A stretch of 39,603 bases of DNA, from positions 1 to 39,603 of the forward strand of contig JAJYJD010000002.1 in the NCBI GenBank assembly GCA_021789755.1, read 5' to 3'. Positions 27,088 through 34,703 of the stretch are shown one piece after another; position 1 is the first letter of the stretch, and every line of letters starts with the position of its first letter. The notes under the pieces were generated by a model, which saw only the letters and a list, made by a program, of their open reading frames with translations, was not told where the DNA came from and searched no databases. This stretch comes from Bacteroidota bacterium (GTDB lineage: Bacteria; Bacteroidota; Ignavibacteria; Kryptoniales; JAKASW01). A program made the translations under genes and the position numbers.

Positions 27088-28608
27088 ATGCGCGAGTACA
27101 AACTTTATATAGACGGGAAATTCGTGGATTCGAGGAGCGGACGCGTGGACGACACGCTCAATCCGTTCGACGGCTCCGTGGTCGCGAGGTTCGCTGTCGC
27201 GTCCCGTGAAGACGTCAACGCGGCTGTCTCCGCGGCGAGGAAAGCTTTCGATTCGGGCGTGTGGCCCGGAATGCCGGCAGCTGATCGTGCAGCTTACATG
27301 AAGAAGATCGGGGACAGGATTAATGAGAAAGCAGCGCAACTTGTCGAGCTTGAGGTCCTCGATTCCGGCTCGACGCTAAAGAAAGCCAGGGAAGACATAT
27401 TCCTCACCGCCAGGGCTTTCAATATATTCTCGAGACTCGCGGCGGGGGAAAACGAACGCGAGATGACCGATATTTCCAAACCAGGATTTGCCAGGAATTA
27501 CCTGAGGTATGAACCGGTTGGCGTCGTTGGCGCGATAATACCGTGGAATTTTCCTCTGAAAATGGCGGCTTGGAAACTCGGGCCTGCGCTCGCGGCAGGA
27601 TGCACCGTCGTACTCAAGCCGTCGGAGCTGACGCCTGTCACCGCTATGGAGCTTGCAAAGATAATCGATGAGGTGGGATTGCCGGCTGGTGTTGTCAACA
27701 TAGTCCCCGGCTATGGCCCGGATGCCGGCGAAGCGCTCGTCAGGCATCCAGGCGTCGATAAGATCGCGTTTACCGGATCGACGGCGGTCGGGAAGAAGAT
27801 AATGGAGCTGGCGGCGAACGATTTCAAGAGGCTGACGCTCGAGTGCGGAGGGAAGTCGGCGAATATCGTTCTTGATGACGCCGACATGGATCTCGCGATC
27901 GACGGAAGCCTGTATGGTATGTTCTACCACTCAGGACAATGCTGCGAGGCCGCGACGAGATTGCTGGTACACGAGAAAGTGTACGATGGCTTTGTGTCGG
28001 CGCTTGTCGAAAAGGCGAAGAGAATGAAGCTCGGCGACCCAATGGATGAGTCGACAGACATCGGACCACTCATCTCGAAGAAGCAGGAGAGCAGAGTGTT
28101 TGGGTATATCGAGAGCGGAAGAAAGGACGGATTCAAGGTTGCTTTAGGCGGCGGCGCGACTTGTTTGCCGGAACTTTCGAAGGGCAATTTTGTCGAGCCG
28201 ACGATCTTTCTCGATGTCGATAACCGTTCGAAGATCGCGCAGGAAGAAATCTTTGGGCCTGTGCTGGTAGTGAGCAGGTTCTCATCGGACGAAGAAGCTG
28301 TCAGGCTGGCGAACGACGTTGTCTACGGTCTGGCGGCGGGCGTGTGGAGCAAAGATATAGTCCGTGCGAGGAAAATTGCGGAAAAGCTAAAGGCGGGGAC
28401 GGTCTGGATCAACGAGTGGCACCTGCTGAACGAGCGCGCGCCTTTCGGTGGCTATAAGCAGAGCGGTGTCGGAAGGGAATTCGGCCGGATCGGCCTCGAA
28501 GAGTACATGGAGATAAAACATATCCATGTCGACGACGGAGTCCCGCGGCAGAAGAGGAGCTGGTATGATACGGTGGTGTCGAAGGGAGAAGAAGGAAGTA
28601 AGCAGTAG
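27088..28608 (+). CDS. NAD(P)-dependent aldehyde dehydrogenase
   Basis: MREYKLYIDGKFV start, WNFPL, LECGGKSANIV, catalytic Cys in SGQCCEAATR, EEIFGPV. The ORF-track GTG 27037 extension is rejected. Confidence 0.9.
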   Translation: MREYKLYIDGKFVDSRSGRVDDTLNPFDGSVVARFAVASREDVNAAVSAARKAFDSGVWPGMPAADRAAYMKKIGDRINEKAAQLVELEVLDSGSTLKKAREDIFLTARAFNIFSRLAAGENEREMTDISKPGFARNYLRYEPVGVVGAIIPWNFPLKMAAWKLGPALAAGCTVVLKPSELTPVTAMELAKIIDEVGLPAGVVNIVPGYGPDAGEALVRHPGVDKIAFTGSTAVGKKIMELAANDFKRLTLECGGKSANIVLDDADMDLAIDGSLYGMFYHSGQCCEAATRLLVHEKVYDGFVSALVEKAKRMKLGDPMDESTDIGPLISKKQESRVFGYIESGRKDGFKVALGGGATCLPELSKGNFVEPTIFLDVDNRSKIAQEEIFGPVLVVSRFSSDEEAVRLANDVVYGLAAGVWSKDIVRARKIAEKLKAGTVWINEWHLLNERAPFGGYKQSGVGREFGRIGLEEYMEIKHIHVDDGVPRQKRSWYDTVVSKGEEGSKQ

Positions 28609-28643
28609 GTAGCAGATGGCGGGCCGGGAAAAGTGCCGGCTCG

Positions 28644-29519
28644 CTACGACGCGAGCAGCGCTTTCCAGTCAATTCCCCGCGCCCACTCTTCCAGTCTGTG
28701 CCATCCTATCTCGGGGAAGTCGAGGCGCAAGCGGCCGATGTCGGCGGTGTAATCGTTCTTCGCCTGCCACTCCATCATCTTCGCCAGGTCGGGGCTCCGG
28801 GACTTCAGAACCTCCGGAGAGAACTCCTCGTAAGTAATCATCCTCCCTATTGACCTGGTAAGTATAGCGGCAGTTTGTTCGCCGGTGAGTTCGTCTCCGG
28901 CGATGTCTATCCGCTTGTTGAGAAGAAACTGCGGATGCTCGATGGCGAAGACTGCGAAGGCGCCGATGTCTTCCACAGCAACCAGCTGGACAGGGCGAGA
29001 AGCCGGAAGCGCTCTCCGTAATTTGCCTTCCTTTAAAGCCGCGATCGCCTGCGGCTGTATGAAATTCTCCATGAACGCCGCCGGACCGATGATCGTGTAA
29101 GGGATGCCAGAGGCTGCAATATACTGCTCGATCTTGAATTTTGTGTCGAAGTGCGGTATTCCGGTGTTCTTGTTGGCACTTGCCACGGAGCTGAAGACAA
29201 GGTGCCGGACTCCAGCGGTCTTCGCCGCCTTCGTCACGTTCACTCCCTGTGCCACCTCACCTTCGTGGCCGCTCTGGAACGGAGTGCTCATCGCGAAAAC
29301 CGCATCGACGCCTGTCATCACGCCGGCGAGTGAGTCTTCGTGAGACATGTCGCCAATTGCGATTCTCACTCCGTCGTTGTGAAGTATCATTGCGCTCTTC
29401 GACGCCGGATCTCTTGTAAGTGCAACAACACGGTACCCGCTTCTGAGGAGCGCTTTGATGACTGAACCGCCCTGTTTTCCCGTCGCCCCGGTAACCATCA
29501 CGGTCATCGTATTACTCAT
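28644..29519 (-). CDS. NmrA-like NAD(P)-binding family protein
   Basis: VTGATGKQGGSV Rossmann motif and 291 aa of NmrA/isoflavone-reductase-like length. Confidence 0.75.
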   Translation of the reverse strand: MSNTMTVMVTGATGKQGGSVIKALLRSGYRVVALTRDPASKSAMILHNDGVRIAIGDMSHEDSLAGVMTGVDAVFAMSTPFQSGHEGEVAQGVNVTKAAKTAGVRHLVFSSVASANKNTGIPHFDTKFKIEQYIAASGIPYTIIGPAAFMENFIQPQAIAALKEGKLRRALPASRPVQLVAVEDIGAFAVFAIEHPQFLLNKRIDIAGDELTGEQTAAILTRSIGRMITYEEFSPEVLKSRSPDLAKMMEWQAKNDYTADIGRLRLDFPEIGWHRLEEWARGIDWKALLAS

Positions 29520-29637
29520 TAATCATTCTTTCCTTGGTTAGAATACTTTTTGTGTTTTCATACGTTATAGAACAAAACGGCGCGCGTGAAGTTCGGTCTG
29601 AGTGCAAACCCTCCGGCTGATTCCGATTGGAAATGCT

Positions 29638-31641
29638 TCACCGATCGAAAACCCATTCGGGAGGTATGAGCCGGTCCAGATCCGCGATTAGCTTCTTTGA
29701 CAGATAGGTGAGTCCGACAACATAAGACGCATTCGTCCATCCGAATCCCTGTCGTGTGATGAACGAGAACTTCGTTCCCACATTGCCATATTCGGCGAAG
29801 ACCTGCGAGGAGCGGCTGACCATGTCGTACTTCTCCGCGATGGTGCCGTTGTAATTATACGCGTTGATCGTGATGGTGTATAGCCACCTGTAAGCAAGCT
29901 CCTGTGCAATCTTTCCAAATCCGTAATCCTTGAGTCCCCTCCATACCAGCATCTGATGAGGGGCCCAGCCGAACGGGTAGTCCCACTGGGTCTGTGGGTG
30001 ATCTTTCGTGATCGGTCCGCGCGATTCTTCCGTGGAGCCGACTATCCCACCGGGCATTTCCAGGAGTGGCAGCGCGTTTTTCACCAAAGCTTCGGCCTGC
30101 TTTTTTGTCGCGACGCCGGCCCACAGAGGATAGAACGTCGTCGCGCTCACGTAATCGGTCTGCTTGCGGTCGACGAAGTCGTAATCGAAGAACATCCCTC
30201 GCTTCTCGTTCCAGAGATACTTCGTCATCAGTTCCTTGCGCTTTTCCGCTTTTTGCTCCCAGGTAGATGCTCTTTCGAGCTTGCCGTTGTCCAGCTTCAC
30301 CTTTCCGCCGAATCCTTCTGAAATAATCCGCGCGATATTTGTCTCCGATTTGTAAAGGAGGGAATTCAGGTCGACGGTAACGAGTTCGGCGCAATCGTAT
30401 TGAAGCCGGTAACTCGCATCGTGTCCCGATTCGCGCATGCTCCTGTCGTCGGTGAAAAATTTGTTCAGAGCCGGGACATTCAATTTTCCGGAAATGTACT
30501 CATGCTCGAAATCCTTTGGATCCATTCCGTATTTCTTTGCGTACTCGGCATAAAGGTAGTCGTACCTTCCCGGCTCGACCTCGGGCGGCGGGCCGATGCC
30601 GTCGTCATAATACCGGCTCAGCCCGGTCCACGTCAGGTGTTCGGGGCCCATCCAGTAGCTTTTGTATTGTCTGATCGCGGCCTCGAGGACCTCCTTCAAC
30701 CATACAGTGGTGGCCGAATCTCTCGGGAGATGCTCGTAAACTGCCAGCGCCATCGAAGTGAAGAAGGGCGGCTGTGACCGCGTCAGATAATAAGTCCGGT
30801 TGGCGTTAAGTATTTTTCCGTAGTTGTCGATCTCATATATGAAGTTATCGACCATCGACTTCGCGAGCGAGAATCTTCCGTCCTGTAGGAGCCCGAGAGT
30901 GATGAAATAGCTGTCCCATCCGTACATCTCGTTGAACCTGCCGCCAGGTACGACGAACGGCGCTCCTTCGATCTTACCGTCCGGAGATTTGATGAGCTTG
31001 AGACTTAGAATGCCGGCCCTGTCGTTGAGACTCTCGACATATTTCGGAGTGACCTTCTCTGGAAGTCTGACGACTTTCATTTTGAAATCGGGGTGCTTGA
31101 CGGCGATGCTGTCGAAATAATCGAATGCCATCTCGTCGCCGTGAGGAACGTAGACGTAATTGTAGCCGTCGATAGTGTGAGTCTTTGTGTCCTTGAATAT
31201 CTTTTCGAGGCCGCTCTCGTCGATTCTCCTGGTCAAACCGTCCCAGTAGAGATCCTTTATCGATTGCGCAATGTGTTCGACGGGCGGCTCGAAAATCTCG
31301 CGCCCCTCAATCCAGGCTGTGTCCTTTCCCTCGTCTTCGTCGAGCTTCAATGCCTGCAAGAGATTGGAAAGGTAATATGTCTCGGCCACTTCGTATTTCT
31401 TGCCGTCGAGTGAAGTGATCCAGAATCGCTTGTTGCCCCTGTCCGTGCCGGGAATGTGCGGGTCGTCTATCGTGATCCTCTTGTCGCCGTCGGTGTCCTC
31501 TTTGGCAACCAGCGAGTCGAGGGTGGGACGCACAAGGACTTCAACGCGGGCGAATTCATTATCCTTCGACCGGGAGATCGCATTTCCCGAAATAAGCAGC
31601 GTCGTTGAAAGGGCGACGAGCGCGAGGCTGATCCTTTTCAT
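29638..31641 (-). CDS. treA: Exported alpha,alpha-trehalase (GH37) with an N-terminal neutral-trehalase-like extension
   Basis: GH37 signatures PGGRFNEMYGWDSYF and QWDYPFGWAPHQ. Signal peptide MKRISLALVALSTTLLISGNA. DTDGDKRITIDD is encoded at 31462-31497. Confidence 0.9.
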   Translation of the reverse strand: MKRISLALVALSTTLLISGNAISRSKDNEFARVEVLVRPTLDSLVAKEDTDGDKRITIDDPHIPGTDRGNKRFWITSLDGKKYEVAETYYLSNLLQALKLDEDEGKDTAWIEGREIFEPPVEHIAQSIKDLYWDGLTRRIDESGLEKIFKDTKTHTIDGYNYVYVPHGDEMAFDYFDSIAVKHPDFKMKVVRLPEKVTPKYVESLNDRAGILSLKLIKSPDGKIEGAPFVVPGGRFNEMYGWDSYFITLGLLQDGRFSLAKSMVDNFIYEIDNYGKILNANRTYYLTRSQPPFFTSMALAVYEHLPRDSATTVWLKEVLEAAIRQYKSYWMGPEHLTWTGLSRYYDDGIGPPPEVEPGRYDYLYAEYAKKYGMDPKDFEHEYISGKLNVPALNKFFTDDRSMRESGHDASYRLQYDCAELVTVDLNSLLYKSETNIARIISEGFGGKVKLDNGKLERASTWEQKAEKRKELMTKYLWNEKRGMFFDYDFVDRKQTDYVSATTFYPLWAGVATKKQAEALVKNALPLLEMPGGIVGSTEESRGPITKDHPQTQWDYPFGWAPHQMLVWRGLKDYGFGKIAQELAYRWLYTITINAYNYNGTIAEKYDMVSRSSQVFAEYGNVGTKFSFITRQGFGWTNASYVVGLTYLSKKLIADLDRLIPPEWVFDR

Positions 31642-31651
31642 TTCCGGTGTC

Positions 31652-33823
31652 TCATTTCTTGACCAGGTTTGTCTTCCCGTTCTTCACGGTGACGTCGTAG
31701 AGTTTGCCTCTGAAGTGCAGATTGGTAATCGTAAGCGACCTCACTCCATCCGGGAGCATCGGTTTGTATTTTGCCGACAGGCCTTTCGACGTTATCCGTA
31801 AACCTGTGTAGCCGAAGACTACCTGCTGAAGAAAGCCGCCGGAACCCGTCAGGAAATTGGTCGACATGTTCTCCGGCGTTTCGGCAAACACATTGAACGA
31901 GCCTCTGATGTACGGCCTGTAGCTCAATTTATAAAAATCCTGGAACAAGTTCCTATTCTGAATCTCGGCTGCGACGATCTGGTACAATGTTATGCCCATC
32001 ATGACTCCCGTCCCGTTCTTCTTCATGAACGAGAGGGCGTTCGATAGGTCGTTCCGCTTGACGTCATTGGCAACTTTCAGCTCAAGCGGATAGTATAAAA
32101 GTGGAACGACCGCACCAAGGGATTGGGGCGGAGCGTTTTGATATGTCAGGTAACAGTGCCTCGTGCTGTCGTACGGTATGTAGAGTTTGCCGGCAATCGT
32201 GTTCCACATCGGGTCTGCACTTTTTCCGAGTACACGCGCCGCCTCGGTCGCAATCTCGAGGTTTCTCCTCGCGACGAGGTTTGTGTATGCGTCGTTGTCG
32301 ATTCCTATGAGCCCCTCATCTACCGATACGACGCTGTCGATGTTGTAAGTGCCGTTCGACTTATCGTACTTGGTCCTGCTTTTCCAGAAATCTGCGGTAG
32401 CTTTTATTACGGGATACCCGTAATGTTCCAGCCATGACCTGTCTTCCGTTGCCAGGTAGTACTGCCACTGCGCGAATGCCACGTCACCTGTGACATGGTT
32501 TTCGTACAGCGCGTTCTGATACGCGAACTTCGGGCACGCTTCGTTGCCGTTCTCATCCGATTCCCAGGGATACATCGCTCCCTTGTAACCGTTGAGTTTC
32601 GCGTTAGCTTCCGCGGCAGGCAGGGCTTTGTACCTGAACATAACCATCGACTTAGCTATGTTGGGATGCATAAGAAGGAGCGGGGGGAACATCCATGTGT
32701 CCGAATCCCAGAAAATATGCCCGTAGTATCCGTCGCTGGAAAGTCCCATAGGCGGGACGCCAAAGTCGCTTCCGGCTCGCGCGCTGGAAAGCAAATAAAA
32801 CATCGACGAGTGAATGACCTTCTGGAGCCTCGGGTCTCCTTTGACGATAATATTCGTCCGCCAGAGCTTATGCCATGCGGCCTCGCTGGACTTCAGGACG
32901 GTCAGGAACCCTCCCAATGCTGCGCGTGATGCGGTACGTCTTGCCGCCAGCAAAGGGTCTTTTGTCTCTCGGGATGAAAATATCCCCACGTAGCGATAGA
33001 ACCGGTAGGTCATCCCGGCTTTTGCGGCGAAACTTACCGTGATTGAAGGACCTGCTTCGGTCGTGTCTTCGGTTATCTCCGCTTTGACTAAGTGCGGGTA
33101 CCATGATATGTTTTCTGCAATTGCAACGCGAACGGAATTCCCGTCCGGCTCCGCTACCACCGATTCGACAGCGCCACTCTGTGCTCCATGCGTCATGCTC
33201 TCTTCTATCTTCATGTGCCCCGGGTACCAGACGTCGGGAAGCCCGTTAATCATTTTGACTTTTATGTCGCCGACTTTCGCCAACTCCATCCTGTCCGGTT
33301 CCTTCCACTGCATGATAGGGAAGATGACTCTCACAAGTCCGGAATGGTGGGGCCTCACGGTGAATTCCGTTGCCGCCAGATGGGGGTTTGACCGCGATAC
33401 GAACAAGTTGATGGCAATCTCGGTCAGACGGGTCCCAATGTTCCATCTATAAGCGGTCTTCAGAACGCCGTTATACATATCGAGTGTCTGCCGATAGCCT
33501 GTGATGGAGCCGGCGGTCGCGTTCGTCTCATTGAGCCAGTCTTTTCCGTTATAGAGGTTTACGGCATCCCATGCCGGCAGTGAAGCTATTCTCGCGACAT
33601 CCCCGGGGTAGTGTTCGAATATCCACGCCATATACGACTGAGTCGGCAGTGTGCCGAGTTGTGAGGAGGATACTCCGATATTGCCGTTCCCGAGGTAAGT
33701 GGACGTGTATTTTTTCGAGACGTGGTTTGCAGAAATCAGAAAACTGTTCTGCTGCGCCGACAGCACCTGCGCCGTCAGGAGAAGAAAAATGAGGGTGGCC
33801 TTTCGGATTACGTTTTGTACCAT
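31652..33823 (-). CDS. Exported glycoside hydrolase family 65 protein
   Basis: GH65 core HIFWDSDTWMFPPLL ... YRYKALPAAEANAKLNGYKGAMYPWESDENGNEACP. I start it at ATG 33823 (AAGAGG upstream). That gives signal peptide MVQNVIRKATLIFLLLTAQVLSA-QQ. Confidence 0.8.
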   Translation of the reverse strand: MVQNVIRKATLIFLLLTAQVLSAQQNSFLISANHVSKKYTSTYLGNGNIGVSSSQLGTLPTQSYMAWIFEHYPGDVARIASLPAWDAVNLYNGKDWLNETNATAGSITGYRQTLDMYNGVLKTAYRWNIGTRLTEIAINLFVSRSNPHLAATEFTVRPHHSGLVRVIFPIMQWKEPDRMELAKVGDIKVKMINGLPDVWYPGHMKIEESMTHGAQSGAVESVVAEPDGNSVRVAIAENISWYPHLVKAEITEDTTEAGPSITVSFAAKAGMTYRFYRYVGIFSSRETKDPLLAARRTASRAALGGFLTVLKSSEAAWHKLWRTNIIVKGDPRLQKVIHSSMFYLLSSARAGSDFGVPPMGLSSDGYYGHIFWDSDTWMFPPLLLMHPNIAKSMVMFRYKALPAAEANAKLNGYKGAMYPWESDENGNEACPKFAYQNALYENHVTGDVAFAQWQYYLATEDRSWLEHYGYPVIKATADFWKSRTKYDKSNGTYNIDSVVSVDEGLIGIDNDAYTNLVARRNLEIATEAARVLGKSADPMWNTIAGKLYIPYDSTRHCYLTYQNAPPQSLGAVVPLLYYPLELKVANDVKRNDLSNALSFMKKNGTGVMMGITLYQIVAAEIQNRNLFQDFYKLSYRPYIRGSFNVFAETPENMSTNFLTGSGGFLQQVVFGYTGLRITSKGLSAKYKPMLPDGVRSLTITNLHFRGKLYDVTVKNGKTNLVKK

Positions 33824-33940
33824 ATCTTCGCCTCTTCGTGAACTTAGTTCGGAGGAGCAGTTAATTAGTGGTGTTTCCTTATAGCATGAATATGTGTGCA
33901 ACCGCTTACAGAGCTCTTATGGATAATGTAATTGGATGAA

Positions 33941-34627
33941 TCAGGACCAACTGCCGGAGTTTATGGTATTTCCTTTGGGATCACACTCTGTCCATTTGCC
34001 GAAGCCGTTTGAATTCCATGTGACGTCGATCGTCTCGGCAGACTTTGTGTGCACTTTCAGTTTTCCACTTTTGTCTGCGTCGTCGGTCAAAATGTCCTTC
34101 GCGTTATTTGAGCCGGAAGTTGTGATCGTTCCCGTAGGCGTGCCGTTGGCATCGGTGGACCGCGTAAGCTGCGCGTCTTCGGAAGGTGTCGTCATGGACC
34201 AGTTGCCGGTACTTCCATCGGGACTCAAGGGGCCGGTCAGCATGTAAGTGTCACTGTAATTTTCATTCTGGCAGGTTCCATCGAACACGAGGTTCAGGCT
34301 GTAGTTTCCCCCGCTGGATGTCACGGTAGCGGTGAGAGCGCTCGATTGCGTAATCCATGTCCAAGTTCCGCCCTGTTGTGTCCCACGTCCCTCGAGAAAA
34401 AGGAGAGAGTCCTGCAAAATGCCATTAAAGCCCGCGGCGGCAGCCAACGCAGTCTGCGCCCCGACGCTCGTGCCGGCGGTTGCAGATGTGGAACTCGGAC
34501 TGGCAAAAGTCGGAACTGTCAGCGTCGGGGGTGCTGAAGATAACGCCGAAGTGGGGCTTGAGCATCCTGACACAATAACGGCGAGCGAGATCCCGAGCGT
34601 TGCAAGCATTGTCAATTTGGGTAGCAT
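33941..34627 (-). CDS. Lipoprotein, function unknown (Ser/Thr/Ala/Pro-rich linker plus beta-rich domain)
   Basis: Lipobox AVIVSGC after a hydrophobic signal sequence. About 45 residues of S/T/A/P-rich linker, then a Gly/Thr/Ser/Asn-rich domain with two Cys. Confidence 0.7.
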   Translation of the reverse strand: MLPKLTMLATLGISLAVIVSGCSSPTSALSSAPPTLTVPTFASPSSTSATAGTSVGAQTALAAAAGFNGILQDSLLFLEGRGTQQGGTWTWITQSSALTATVTSSGGNYSLNLVFDGTCQNENYSDTYMLTGPLSPDGSTGNWSMTTPSEDAQLTRSTDANGTPTGTITTSGSNNAKDILTDDADKSGKLKVHTKSAETIDVTWNSNGFGKWTECDPKGNTINSGSWS

Positions 34628-34651
34628 AACTTCTGTACCCCTTTAAGCGAC

Positions 34652-34679
34652 GCTGGCTGGGAGATCCCTCCCAGCCAGC
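34652..34679. repeat. Perfect 12-bp GC-rich inverted repeat (stem-loop) between the TonB-dependent transducer and lipoprotein genes
   Basis: GCTGGCTGGGAG (34652-34663), loop ATCC, CTCCCAGCCAGC (34668-34679). Confidence 0.8.
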
Positions 34680-34703
34680 AGAAGCTTGTCTATTTTTTTG
34701 CTT

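Noticed and set aside
29953-29974. CTGATGAG...GAAC string resembling a hammerhead ribozyme core
   Set aside because: It lies antisense inside the trehalase coding sequence. There are no flanking helices I/II/III and no CGAAA element. A similar CTGATGA at 22648 is just the stop/start junction of two genes.
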